A stretch of 64,000 bases of DNA, from NCBI GenBank assembly GCA_049570475.1, contig CP186953.1, forward strand, positions 256,001 to 320,000, read 5' to 3'. The notes below the pieces were generated by a model that did not search any database, was not told the DNA's origin, and saw only the letters and a list, made by a program, of their open reading frames with translations. Shown one piece after another: positions 20,352 to 30,247 of this stretch. The position numbers were made by a program, and so were the translations under genes. Within the stretch, counting starts at the first letter, position 1; every line of letters starts with the position of its first letter. Source of the DNA: Candidatus Methanosuratincola verstraetei. Its GTDB lineage: Archaea > Thermoproteota > Methanomethylicia > Methanomethylicales > Methanomethylicaceae.

Positions 20352-21552
20352 ACTGGAATCGGCGGCAATAAAGTATGCGAGCGAAGCTATAAGGCTCGAC
20401 AACCAAGGATCGAAGGGGATGGCGATCACCTACTACCAAAAGGCAATCGACGTGCTTCTGAAGATCGTCAACCTCTACCCAAACTATGAGCTGAACAGGA
20501 TCTACGTCACCAGGGCCATGGCATATCAAGAAAGGATAAAGGTCCTGCAGACAGGGCATTGTGCAGAGGCTCCTGACGAGGAAGGATCAGCAGTCTTCGA
20601 GATAAAGCCGATAAACAGGGTCGAGGCTGCCCCAAAAGGAGACGCCAAGCAGCAGCCGCAGCTGCAACAGCAGCAGAAGAAGAGCTCCTACGAAGATCTC
20701 CTTGTGGTAGACAAGCCAAACGTAAGGTGGGACGACATCTCTGGCCTTGAGATGACCAAGAAGGCACTAAAGGAGGCGATTGTTTATCCTTCCTTGAGAT
20801 CGGATCTCTTCCCCCTCGGGTGGCCAAGAGGAATCCTGCTCTACGGACCGCCCGGGTGCGGCAAGACGCTTACTGCAGCGGCAGTGGCTACGGAGATAAA
20901 TGCAGCATTCTACTCAGTCGACGCAGCATCGATCATGTCCAAGTGGCTGGGCGAGGCTGAGAAGAACGTCGCAAAGCTCTTCAGGTCCGCAAGGGAGAGG
21001 ATTGCGAACAACGAGGCGGTCATAATTTTCATAGATGAGATTGACTCGCTGCTGGGAGTCCACTCCAACGAGGTAGGCGGCGAGATCAGGGTTAGGAACC
21101 AGTTCCTCAAGGAAATGGACGGCATAATTGACAAGGGAAAGAACAGCCTCCTATACGTGATAGGCGCCACAAACAAGCCGTGGGCTCTCGACTGGGCGTT
21201 CATCCGCAGGTTCCAGAAGAGGATCTATGTCCCAGTCCCAGACTACGAGGCCAGGCTGAGGATGTTCCAGATCTACACCCAGAGCCTGGGCATGGAAGGG
21301 GTGAGCGTCGAGGAGCTTGCCAAGATGACAGAGGGCTACTCCGGAAGCGACATACGGGATATCGCCCAAGCGGTTCAGCTTAAGGTTGTCAGCGAACTTT
21401 TCGAGGCAGGACTTGCTCTTGACAAGGCTTCTAAGCCGAGACCGATACGGATGGAGGACTTCAAGGAAGTGCTGGCAAGGCGCAAGCCGAGCGTTACCAA
21501 AGAGATGATAAAGGCCTACGAGATGTGGGAAGAGAACTTCAGGGCCTGCTAA
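20338..21552 (+). CDS. cdvC: Vps4/CdvC AAA ATPase with N-terminal MIT domain
   Basis: MIT (AIKYASEAIRLD..G), GPPGCGKT, DEID, FLKEMDG, RRFQKR. Confidence 0.93.
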   Translation: MAINELESAAIKYASEAIRLDNQGSKGMAITYYQKAIDVLLKIVNLYPNYELNRIYVTRAMAYQERIKVLQTGHCAEAPDEEGSAVFEIKPINRVEAAPKGDAKQQPQLQQQQKKSSYEDLLVVDKPNVRWDDISGLEMTKKALKEAIVYPSLRSDLFPLGWPRGILLYGPPGCGKTLTAAAVATEINAAFYSVDAASIMSKWLGEAEKNVAKLFRSARERIANNEAVIIFIDEIDSLLGVHSNEVGGEIRVRNQFLKEMDGIIDKGKNSLLYVIGATNKPWALDWAFIRRFQKRIYVPVPDYEARLRMFQIYTQSLGMEGVSVEELAKMTEGYSGSDIRDIAQAVQLKVVSELFEAGLALDKASKPRPIRMEDFKEVLARRKPSVTKEMIKAYEMWEENFRAC

Positions 21553-21587
21553 AAACCCTTTTTTATCCCCAATGCCAAATATGAGCT

Positions 21588-22556
21588 ATGGATTGGATAA
21601 TCGCCCACGGTGACACCGACGGCATATGCTCGGCGGCTATTGCGCTGGCTGCCCGCAAGGGGAGCGAGGTCTTCTTCTCCCATCCCTCCGGACTTGCCGA
21701 GGATCTGAAGCAGGTGGAGGGCAATGTGGTCATCTGCGACATTGCTCTCTCCAGCACATTCCTCCAAGAAGTGATGGCCGAGCTTAAGAGGATAGCCGCT
21801 GGAGGGGGCAGCATATTGTACATAGACCACCACCCTCTGCCGCGCGGCTTCAGAAAGGAGGACTTCCCAGGGAAGATGGCGATCTCGACAATGAGCTGCA
21901 CAAGCGAATTGACTTACTTGGAATTCAAGGATCTGATCCCGTCCGACATGAGCAGGGTAGCCATATACGGGGCCATAGGGGACTACATGGACAACACTTA
22001 CGAGATAAGGCGCCTCCTGCTGGACTGGGAGAAGAGAAGCATGTACCTCGAGAGCGGGCTGCTGATCCAGGCGATAGACGCAGGAGGGAGGGACTACGAG
22101 ACGAAGAGGAAGATGGTGAGTTTCTTGGCAACGAACAGGACCCCCAGCTCGGACCAGGAGATCGTGGAGAAGGCGATCGCCGAGGCAATATCGGAGGAAG
22201 AGATGAGGAAGAGGGTCAGGGAGGAGGTCAAGGTGTTCGGAAGCCTGGCATACGTCCTGGACCTCAAGTGGTCGATGGGGAAGAGCGCTGTCTATGCAAG
22301 GGCTTACGGCAAGAGGCCAGTAGGCATAGGCGCCGAGACGAGGAAGGGCAGGGTAGACATGAGCATACGAACCTCGAGCGAGCAGATAGACCTGAATGAA
22401 CTCCTACAGGAGATCGCGCCGAAGCACAACGGCAGCGGTGGCGGTCACCCGATGGCTGCCGGGGCGAGGGTCCCGGAGGGCAAATTTTTCGAGTTTTTAG
22501 AGGATTTCAACGCTCTTGTCGAGAAAAATGAAAGAAAACGGACTGTGGAATATTGA
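21588..22556 (+). CDS. DHH/DHHA1 family phosphoesterase
   Basis: HGDTDG, IDHH, GGGHPMAAG. Confidence 0.88.
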   Translation: MDWIIAHGDTDGICSAAIALAARKGSEVFFSHPSGLAEDLKQVEGNVVICDIALSSTFLQEVMAELKRIAAGGGSILYIDHHPLPRGFRKEDFPGKMAISTMSCTSELTYLEFKDLIPSDMSRVAIYGAIGDYMDNTYEIRRLLLDWEKRSMYLESGLLIQAIDAGGRDYETKRKMVSFLATNRTPSSDQEIVEKAIAEAISEEEMRKRVREEVKVFGSLAYVLDLKWSMGKSAVYARAYGKRPVGIGAETRKGRVDMSIRTSSEQIDLNELLQEIAPKHNGSGGGHPMAAGARVPEGKFFEFLEDFNALVEKNERKRTVEY

Positions 22557-22642
22557 GTCTAGCCCAATAACTAATCAAAGATACCTTACAGAAACGTTTA
22601 TTAATATAAAATTCTTTTAAGCGGATACTACGAGGGATTGAA

Positions 22643-22813
22643 ATGAAATTCAAATGTCCAGAGTGCGACGGCGACATAGAAGCCAAGGAAGTAATAGAGG
22701 GAGAGATCCTCAGCTGCCCCGACTGCGGAGCAGAACTCGAGGTCGCCAAGGACAAGAAAGGGAACTTTGAGCTGAAAGTCGCAGAGTCCGAGGGCGAAGA
22801 CTGGGGAGAGTAA
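22643..22813 (+). CDS. lysW: Amino-group carrier protein LysW (56 aa; below ORF-track cutoff)
   Basis: MKFKCPECDG...CPDCGAELEV...EDWGE*. Confidence 0.96.
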   Translation: MKFKCPECDGDIEAKEVIEGEILSCPDCGAELEVAKDKKGNFELKVAESEGEDWGE

Positions 22814-22817
22814 GGCC

Positions 22818-23681
22818 TTGCCGCAGACCCTCTCTCTTCTTTATGACAGGGTAAGGGTTGAAGAGAAGGAGATAATCAATGCAGCGCAGAAGAAGGGGGT
22901 CGAGCTACGGCCGATAGACGCCAAAGAGCTCCACTTGAACATAACCGACCTCAAGAAGGATGAAATTTTCGGGGATGTGGCGATCGAGAGGTGCGTCAGC
23001 CACTTCCGAGGGCTTTACATAACTGCAATACTCGAGAGCAAGGGGATCCATGTAATCAACCCATTCAGCGTGGCTGCGCTCTGCGGGGACAAGCTCCTCT
23101 GCAGCATGAAGCTCGCCAAGGCAGGGATCCCAACGCCAAAAACGATTGTAGCCTTCACAAAGGACGAAGCGATGAAGGTGCTGGAGGAGGAGATGGGCTA
23201 TCCAGCCGTGATTAAGCCGGTCTTCGGGAGCTGGGGGAGGCTTATCGCGCCGCTCAAGGACAGGGAGACCGCCCAGGCGCTACTTGAGGACAGGGAAGAG
23301 ATGGGGAACCCCCTGTACCAGATCTATTACATCCAAGAGATGGTAGAGAGGCCCCCGAGGGACATAAGGACAGTCGTAGTCGGGGATAAGATAGCCGCTT
23401 CAATATACAGGTACAGTGCGCCGGACGACTGGAGGACTAACATAGCGAGGGGAGGCAAGGCAGAGGTCTGCAATCTCACTGAGGATCTTAAGGAGCTAGT
23501 ACTCAAGGCCGCTGAGGTCGTTGGCACAGGCGTCCTCGGGGTCGACGCGATGGAGACAAAGGAAGGCATAGTGATCCATGAAGTGAATTCGACAGTTGAG
23601 TTCAAGGGCGCAATGAGCGTCTCTGAAGTCGACATCCCAGGCATGATAATAGATTATGCGCTTGAGAGGGCTAGAAAGTAG
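22818..23681 (+). CDS. lysX: LysX/ArgX ATP-grasp ligase
   Basis: KPVFGSWGR, YIQE, RDIR, WRTNIARGG, EVN; immediately downstream of lysW. Confidence 0.9.
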   Translation: MPQTLSLLYDRVRVEEKEIINAAQKKGVELRPIDAKELHLNITDLKKDEIFGDVAIERCVSHFRGLYITAILESKGIHVINPFSVAALCGDKLLCSMKLAKAGIPTPKTIVAFTKDEAMKVLEEEMGYPAVIKPVFGSWGRLIAPLKDRETAQALLEDREEMGNPLYQIYYIQEMVERPPRDIRTVVVGDKIAASIYRYSAPDDWRTNIARGGKAEVCNLTEDLKELVLKAAEVVGTGVLGVDAMETKEGIVIHEVNSTVEFKGAMSVSEVDIPGMIIDYALERARK

Positions 23682-24222
23682 CCTCCCGCTTTGCCTCTGC
23701 CAGCCTTGCATCTATTTCAGCAAGGCACTTCTGAAGGATCTCGATCATCCGGATCAGAGTTTCCCTTTTTGCCTTGAGATCCTCCATTTCAGCCTCGACG
23801 GAACTCATGTCGGACACGAAGACCGAGAAGAGGCATGGCGGGGCAACCTGCGGGTTATCCAATGAGAACATGTCTTTCAAGAAGCTCTCGAATATCCTGT
23901 TTATGCTCATCGCTATCTCGCTCTGCTTGAGCAGCACATGTTCAAGGATCCTCCTGCCCTCATCAGTGATGGTGTAGATCTTCCGCTTGCGACCCTTGTA
24001 AGCATGCCACTCCCCGCGAACGAGGCCCTCGGACTCGAGCTTCTTCAGCACAGGGTACACCCCTCCAGGGGTCGGCCTCCAGAAACCCTGGGTGGTCTCG
24101 TACATGGTGCGCATTATCTCGTAACCAGTCAGCGGTCTCTCATTTATCATCAGCAAGAGCGCCATGCCCATGTAGCCTTTCCTGCTCCACTCGAGGCTCT
24201 TTGAGATAGGGTCTTCGAACAT
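23671..24222 (-). CDS. PadR-family transcriptional regulator with C-terminal coiled coil
   Basis: GYEIM...PGGVYPVLKKLE..G...RKIYTITDEG. Confidence 0.9.
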   Translation of the reverse strand: MFEDPISKSLEWSRKGYMGMALLLMINERPLTGYEIMRTMYETTQGFWRPTPGGVYPVLKKLESEGLVRGEWHAYKGRKRKIYTITDEGRRILEHVLLKQSEIAMSINRIFESFLKDMFSLDNPQVAPPCLFSVFVSDMSSVEAEMEDLKAKRETLIRMIEILQKCLAEIDARLAEAKREATF

Positions 24223-24235
24223 TTTCCTCGGAAGA

Positions 24236-24256
24236 ATATATTTGATTTCGATATAT
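24236..24256. promoter_or_regulatory. Candidate PadR operator/promoter element ATATAT-N9-ATATAT
   Basis: Symmetric AT arms just upstream of padR in the divergent intergenic region. Confidence 0.35.
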
Positions 24257-24363
24257 GAGTTTTATGGTTTTCCGGGTTCAATTCCATAAATTCCCGGACA
24301 ACGGAAAGCACAAGAGATCAATTCCGATCGGTCTAAAAAGGAATTTCAAATCGACCATTCATT

Positions 24364-24957
24364 ATGAAAACCAAATACATATTGGGATTTGTTTTAGTGA
24401 TGGCCATAACGCTGTCTCTAGGTGCCTACAGCGCAACCCTAGGCAAATCGGAGCTCGTGCACTTCTGGGTCGCGGTGCCTGCGGGGAATGTGACCGCCCC
24501 CATGGTCTTGAGGGGGGCAGGCCCGCCGATCTCGATGTCGCCGATAGTGATAGACCTGCAGTCAAGGGGGGTGCTGAAGAACCTGCTCCAGCCTCAGCTT
24601 GAGGGGCTCTCGACGCATTGGATCTACAACCTGGGCAAGAAACCAGTGAAGGTAAAGCTAAACTTGGCAAATGTTCCGCCTGACATCGCTGTCGACTGGG
24701 AAGTTAACAGCGGTTTCGAATTCGATGCTGCAACCCACACATTCAAGACGCCACTGTACCCAGGCGGATCGGTCCCCAACCTAGGGATCGATTGGGTATT
24801 CCACATCCCAGCATACTACATGGACGAGCCTGTGATCTACGACGGGGGGCTCGAGGTAATAGACGCAGACACAGGGGCGGTGCTAACATTCATACCTATC
24901 AAGTTCGTGAACGGGGCTGCTAGCAGCAGCGCCACTCAGGGAGGTAGTTGCCATTGA
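24364..24957 (+). CDS. Secreted/membrane-anchored hypothetical protein ending GGSCH
   Basis: Signal peptide, beta-rich body, terminal Cys-His. Confidence 0.75.
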   Translation: MKTKYILGFVLVMAITLSLGAYSATLGKSELVHFWVAVPAGNVTAPMVLRGAGPPISMSPIVIDLQSRGVLKNLLQPQLEGLSTHWIYNLGKKPVKVKLNLANVPPDIAVDWEVNSGFEFDAATHTFKTPLYPGGSVPNLGIDWVFHIPAYYMDEPVIYDGGLEVIDADTGAVLTFIPIKFVNGAASSSATQGGSCH

Positions 24958-25829
24958 ATGCAAAGGAGACACTGATTAGGAACCGCTGGAGGTACATCTC
25001 TTTCGTCGTGGGCTTCTTCCTCTTCGTTGCCCCATTTGCCCTCTTCACGAGAGCGGTTTACCTCATTGTGGGCAACACTGCCGAGCCTACTCTCCACAGC
25101 GTCTGCTTCAGGATGCCCATAGACTGGATCTTCGGCGGGAGGTTCTATTCAATATTCGGGTCATCATGGTTCATGGCAGCGTTCGCCTTCGGCGTAATCA
25201 TATCTTCGATATTCCTAGGCGCAGCATTCTGCGGATGGCTGTGCCCTGTCGGGGCTGTGAGCGAGGCGATCAGCAGGGCAGTGCCAATTCCGAACAAGTT
25301 CAGGCTCAGGATAAGGGACACCAAGCTCACCATGAGCATGAGGTACGGGTTCCTGGTTGGGTTCATCGCCGTAGCAGCCCTTGTCGGCTACAAGCTTGCG
25401 TCTGACCAGCTCGGAAGCATCTGCTGCAGGTACTGCGCTTCATCAGTCCTACAGAACTTCGCCTCTGCGCTCTTCGGCGATCTCTCTGCGATTGAGTACT
25501 GGCAGTCGGGGGCCATAATTTCGCTGCTCTTCTGGCTGGTAATTGGCGGGCTATTCATGTCCGGGGGGCGAGGGTGGTGCCTCTTCTTCTGCCCGCTCGG
25601 GGCATTCTCTGGTCTAGCCCACAAGCTCGGTGCCAGGCTGGGGTTCTACAGGATAGAGCACAAGCCGGAGAGCTGCAAAGGATGCAACAAGTGCCAGGAC
25701 GTTTGCCCCATGTGGGCAATAAAGGAGGACCACAACATAGAGAGGACCCTCTGCGTGAACTGCAAGGAGTGCGTCCATGCCTGCGATGCGTACAAACTGA
25801 TAAGGGGGAGAAAGATTGCGGATAGCTGA
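24948..25829 (+). CDS. NapH/MauN-like membrane polyferredoxin (4Fe-4S binding)
   Basis: FCGWLCPVG and WCLFFCPLG motifs, TM helices, C-terminal CxxCxxCxxxC motifs. Confidence 0.85.
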   Translation: MPLNAKETLIRNRWRYISFVVGFFLFVAPFALFTRAVYLIVGNTAEPTLHSVCFRMPIDWIFGGRFYSIFGSSWFMAAFAFGVIISSIFLGAAFCGWLCPVGAVSEAISRAVPIPNKFRLRIRDTKLTMSMRYGFLVGFIAVAALVGYKLASDQLGSICCRYCASSVLQNFASALFGDLSAIEYWQSGAIISLLFWLVIGGLFMSGGRGWCLFFCPLGAFSGLAHKLGARLGFYRIEHKPESCKGCNKCQDVCPMWAIKEDHNIERTLCVNCKECVHACDAYKLIRGRKIADS

Positions 25830-26031
25830 AAGGGCAAAGGCATGGTGGGCATTTGCCCTGGCGGCATCTGCAGCCCCTACTTCTTACTTGATTGCAATGC
25901 CTTGCGGCGGGGCATGTGCTGGATGCCCGATGGGGGGCGGCTGCTTCTTGGCATACCCCGCTTTAGTTGCCTTAGCCATCGGAGCCAAATCGGTGAGGTT
26001 CGGCAAGGGGTTGCTTAGACGGAGACCCTGA
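25816..26031 (+). CDS. Small Cys-rich membrane protein
   Basis: Two hydrophobic segments around CGGACAGCPMGGGC; overlaps the previous gene; T-tract follows. Confidence 0.6.
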   Translation: MRIAERAKAWWAFALAASAAPTSYLIAMPCGGACAGCPMGGGCFLAYPALVALAIGAKSVRFGKGLLRRRP

Positions 26032-26130
26032 TTCAGCCACAATTCCAACAATCTTTTTTATTCCTCAATTTTATCCGGAAATCTTTTAAGACCTTCAAGA
26101 CTTATGTTCCGGAAGTCCGGAGGCTCAACA

Positions 26131-27381
26131 ATGGGGATGACAATTTCCGAAAAGATCCTCGCCAAAGCCTCAGGTAAGCAAAAGGTCGAGGCAGGCGAGT
26201 ACATAGTCGGCAAAATAGATCTTGCAATGATACACGACCTCACAGGCCCGCTCACCCTTAACGTTATGAAAGAGGTGGGTTACGACAAGCCCTGGGACCC
26301 TGAAAAAGTCGTGATAATACTGGATCACCAGGTCCCTGCGAACTCGACGGTTACCGCCGAGCTCCACAAGCAGCTCAGGAGTTATGCCAGGAAACACGGG
26401 CTCAAAAACTTCCACGAGGTCGGGAGGCAGGGCGTCTGCCACCAGATCCTCGCAGAGAGCTACGTCAAGCCAGGGATGCTGGTGGTCGGTGCGGACTCGC
26501 ATACATGTTCCCTCGGCGCGCTCGGCGCCTTTGCGACCGGGATCGGGTCCACAGAGATGGCATCAGTCATACTTACAGGCGAGATGTGGTTCAGGGTGCC
26601 CGAGACGATCAAATTCGAGCTCAAGAACAGGCTGAGCAAGGGCGTCTCAGCGAAGGACATCATACTGAAGATCATTGGCGACATGGGTGTGGACGGGGCA
26701 CTCTACAGGGCTGCGGAGTTCGTGGGTGACGGCATTGAATCATTGAGCGTCGACAGCAGGCTCACGATATGCAACATGGCCATCGAGATGGGGGGGAAGA
26801 CCGGGATCGTCAACCCCGACAAGAAGACGCTTGAGTACACGGGAACGAAGGGGGCACCATTAAGGAGCGATCCTGACGCAGAATATGCATCACATTACGA
26901 GATGGATCTCAGCAAATTGGAGCCCCAGGTGGCAATGCCCCACTCGGTGGACAACGTAAAGCCAGTCTCAGAGGTTGGCGAAGTCGAGGCTGATCAGGTC
27001 TTCATAGGATCGTGCACGAACGGCAGGCTCGAAGACCTGGAGGCTGCGGCATCGGTGATCCGGGGGAGGAAGGTCAAGGACGGCACCAGGCTGATTGTAA
27101 TACCGGCTTCACAAAGGATTTACCTTGAGGCCGAGAGGAGGGGATACATCAGGGAGTTCATCGAAGCAGGAGGGGTGGTATGCAACCCCAACTGCGGACC
27201 ATGCCTTGGGGGGCACATGGGCATACTCGCAGATGGCGAGACCTGCGTGAGCACATCAAACCGGAACTTCCTGGGGAGGATGGGCAGCACAGCCTCGAAG
27301 GTTTACCTCGTCTCTCCAGAGACGGCGGCAGCGACAGCAGTTGAGGGAAAGATAACCGATCCAAGGAAATACCTGAGGTGA
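26131..27381 (+). CDS. leuC: 3-isopropylmalate dehydratase large subunit
   Basis: DSHT, GSCTNGR, CGPCLG, STSNRNF; next to a LeuB-like gene. Confidence 0.82.
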   Translation: MGMTISEKILAKASGKQKVEAGEYIVGKIDLAMIHDLTGPLTLNVMKEVGYDKPWDPEKVVIILDHQVPANSTVTAELHKQLRSYARKHGLKNFHEVGRQGVCHQILAESYVKPGMLVVGADSHTCSLGALGAFATGIGSTEMASVILTGEMWFRVPETIKFELKNRLSKGVSAKDIILKIIGDMGVDGALYRAAEFVGDGIESLSVDSRLTICNMAIEMGGKTGIVNPDKKTLEYTGTKGAPLRSDPDAEYASHYEMDLSKLEPQVAMPHSVDNVKPVSEVGEVEADQVFIGSCTNGRLEDLEAAASVIRGRKVKDGTRLIVIPASQRIYLEAERRGYIREFIEAGGVVCNPNCGPCLGGHMGILADGETCVSTSNRNFLGRMGSTASKVYLVSPETAAATAVEGKITDPRKYLR

Positions 27382-27914
27382 AAAAAATGAATGCGAGCAG
27401 CAACCGGATAATGGAAGTCAAAGGAAGGGCTTGGCTCTTCGGCGACGATATCGACACGGATGTCATTCTCCCCGGCAAGTACCTTGTGCTGACTGATCCG
27501 AATGAGTTGGCTAAGCACGCCCTCGAGGGCTTGGTGAGCGGTTTCTCATCAAAGATCTCAAAAGGGGACATCATAGTAGCGGGCAAGAACTTCGGGTGCG
27601 GATCAAGCAGGGAGCACGCCCCTCTCGCGCTGAAGTATGCCGGGGTCGGCGCAGTCGTCGCAAAGTCCTTTTCCAGGATCTTCTTCAGGAACGCTGTGAA
27701 CATTGGCCTGCCTGTGGTGATATCTAAGGAAGCCAGGGATCTTATCAAGGAAGGGGAGAAGATCAGCATCGACCTTGAAGGCGGTTTCATAACCAAGGAA
27801 GACGGTGGCAGACTCGTCGTGGACAAGTACCCTGAGTTCCTACTGGAAATCTTAAAAGATGGGGGTTTGCTACAGAACCTCAAAAGGAGATTTGACAAGG
27901 AGGCCAAAACATGA
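27378..27914 (+). CDS. leuD: 3-isopropylmalate dehydratase small subunit
   Basis: DIDTDVI, GKYLVL loop, [11 protein letters not shown]. Confidence 0.82.
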   Translation: MKKMNASSNRIMEVKGRAWLFGDDIDTDVILPGKYLVLTDPNELAKHALEGLVSGFSSKISKGDIIVAGKNFGCGSSREHAPLALKYAGVGAVVAKSFSRIFFRNAVNIGLPVVISKEARDLIKEGEKISIDLEGGFITKEDGGRLVVDKYPEFLLEILKDGGLLQNLKRRFDKEAKT

Positions 27915-28918
27915 CAAAGAAATACAAGATAGCAGTCATGCCGGGCGACGGGATTGGCCCGGAGCAGACCGCTGCTACGCTGAAGATCCTTTCAGCAGTG
28001 ATGGAGACCACAGGCCCAGAGATGGAGTTCATTGAAGCTGAAGGGGGGGACGAAACCCTCAAGAAACGCGGGGAGGCCCTCCCGCAGGACTCGATAGAAA
28101 TCATCAAATCCTCGGATGCCTGCCTCAAGGGCCCTGTCGGGGAGAGCGCAGCAGATGTCATCGTGAAGCTCAGGATATTGTTTGACCTATATGCAAACCT
28201 AAGGCCTATAAAGTCATATCCGGGAGTGCAGGCACTAAGGCCTGACATCGACCTGCTAGTTGTCAGGGAAAACACCGAGGATCTCTATAAGGGATACGAG
28301 TTCAGGATTGGCGACGACACAGTCGCTCTGCGCGTCATCACCAAGAAGGGCTGTCATAGGATAGCCGAGACTGCATTCAAGTACGCAATGAAGAGAAGGA
28401 AGAAGGTAACCGCAGTGCACAAGGCAAATGTGCTTAGAGTCACGGACGGGCTGTTCAGGGACACCTGCAGGGAGGTCGCCCAGAGGTATCCCGAGGTCGC
28501 ATTCGATGAGCTGTATATCGATGCCGCAACGATGCATTTGATCAAGCGCCCTCATGAGTTCGATGTCATATGCATCACAAACATGTTCGGGGACATACTC
28601 TCTGACGAGGCTGCGCAAATAGGAGGCGGGCTCGGCATGGCAGCCGGCGCGAACATTGGCGACAAATTTGGGCTATTTGAGCCGATCCACGGATCTGCGC
28701 CGAAGCACGCAGGGAAGAACACAGCCAACCCGATATCAATGATCCTCTGCTCGAAGATGATGCTGGAATGGCTTGGGGAGGAGGCGGCCGCCAAGAAAAT
28801 TGAGGATGCAGTGATGCAAGTGCTCTCCGAGCGGCGCGTAGTCACCCCAGACCTCGGAGGGAAGTCCGGCACGACCGAGGTCGCCGAGGAGATCTCGAGG
28901 AAGATCCTCGGTCGCTAG
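27911..28918 (+). CDS. leuB: 3-isopropylmalate dehydrogenase
   Basis: GDGIGPE, KGPVGESAADVIVKLR (crenarchaeal LeuB-like), [17 protein letters not shown]. Confidence 0.8.
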   Translation: MTKKYKIAVMPGDGIGPEQTAATLKILSAVMETTGPEMEFIEAEGGDETLKKRGEALPQDSIEIIKSSDACLKGPVGESAADVIVKLRILFDLYANLRPIKSYPGVQALRPDIDLLVVRENTEDLYKGYEFRIGDDTVALRVITKKGCHRIAETAFKYAMKRRKKVTAVHKANVLRVTDGLFRDTCREVAQRYPEVAFDELYIDAATMHLIKRPHEFDVICITNMFGDILSDEAAQIGGGLGMAAGANIGDKFGLFEPIHGSAPKHAGKNTANPISMILCSKMMLEWLGEEAAAKKIEDAVMQVLSERRVVTPDLGGKSGTTEVAEEISRKILGR

Positions 28919-28920
28919 TC

Positions 28921-28958
28921 CTATTTTACTTTTATTTTACTTTATTTTTTATTCATTT
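28921..28958 (+). terminator. T-rich terminator tract
   Basis: Repeated TTTT runs directly after the leuB stop, between convergent genes. Confidence 0.55.
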
Positions 28959-28978
28959 CATGCGGCTTGTCGCTCGGC

Positions 28979-29935
28979 CTACTTGGTCTCCTCGATGTCG
29001 ATTATGCCGTTCTGGGTTATTGCGAATACGCATTCGCTCTCAGGGTGCAGCGGGGAGTCGATGATCCTGGCAATCCGCCGGTTCTCCTTCGACTTCCGAA
29101 GCCAGATCCGGTAGGTCGAGCCATGAGCCAGGATGTTTCCGCCCGCCGGCTTGTTTGGATTCCCAAAGAAGACATCTGGAGACGACTGTATCTGGTTTGT
29201 CAGAACCACCGCTATGTTGTGGATGTCGGCCATCCTGAGCAGCTGGTGTATGTGTCTGTTAAGCTTCTGCTGCCTCGGGGCGAGAGACTCCCTCCCAGGG
29301 TACTCCGACCTGAAGTGGGTGATCACCGAGTCGACAATCAAGAGGCGCACGTTGTTCTCTGGGACAATCGTGACTGCCTCGTCTGCAAGAAGCATCTGGT
29401 GGTCAGAATTGTAGGCCCTGGCATAGATTATGTTGTTAAGGACTGTTTCAGGATCAAGGCCGAGCCCCTTAGCGATGCTCATGACCCTCTCGGGTCTGAA
29501 GGTCCCTTCTGTGTCGATAAAAAGCGCCCTACCCTCCAGACCTCCCCGATCAGGGGGCAGCTGCACTGAAACGCATAGCTGGTGGCAGAGCTGGGTCTTC
29601 CCGGATCCGAACTCGCCAATTAGCTCAGTTATTGCCTGAGTCTCCAACCCGCGCCCAAGGAGGGCATCAATCGCTTTCGAGCCCGTGGTCAGGTATCCGA
29701 TATTACCCCTCCTCGATAGAACCTCCTTAGCGGTCGTGAAGCGGATGTTCAGGAGGGACCTCGCATTCTTGGTTATGGTCGAAGCCTTCTCCTCAGTGAG
29801 ATCGGCAATCTCAACAAGGAGGCGAGTAGGCGCGACTGCAAGAGCTTCAACAGTAGAGATGCCTGCTGCCTTGAGCTTTTCTATGGTCGCAGGCCCCACG
29901 CCATCTACATCCTCAAGTTCATGCTTTACTGACAA
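28979..29935 (-). CDS. radA: DNA repair recombinase RadA
   Basis: N-terminal HhH (GVGP), [25 protein letters not shown]. Start moved to TTG 29935. Confidence 0.95.
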   Translation of the reverse strand: MSVKHELEDVDGVGPATIEKLKAAGISTVEALAVAPTRLLVEIADLTEEKASTITKNARSLLNIRFTTAKEVLSRRGNIGYLTTGSKAIDALLGRGLETQAITELIGEFGSGKTQLCHQLCVSVQLPPDRGGLEGRALFIDTEGTFRPERVMSIAKGLGLDPETVLNNIIYARAYNSDHQMLLADEAVTIVPENNVRLLIVDSVITHFRSEYPGRESLAPRQQKLNRHIHQLLRMADIHNIAVVLTNQIQSSPDVFFGNPNKPAGGNILAHGSTYRIWLRKSKENRRIARIIDSPLHPESECVFAITQNGIIDIEETK

Positions 29936-30247
29936 GGATAAATCTTCCCCTATAAGAGGGGCGTGAAACGGAGCATTTAAACCTTTCAATCATTGGCCTC
30001 CACCGACTGTTGGCAAAAAAGCGGGCCTGTCCGCTACAGCTGACAGAAAGCTTCGGGGCAGCAGAGCGAAAGTATTTGCACCCAAAAAAGTTTAAATTTA
30101 GCAAGGTTCGGATTATAGGTTAATTCGACAGCACTCCTGAGGGATTAACAAATGGTGACCGCCTGCCAAACACTTTTTATCCTATCCTGAGCGAATGCTT
30201 TGAGTCTGAAGGGGTGCTTGAAACACGCATGATTTGGGGTATCTGAT

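Noticed and set aside
20650-20676. Gln-rich run in Vps4
   Set aside because: Short low-complexity MIT-AAA linker; not informative.
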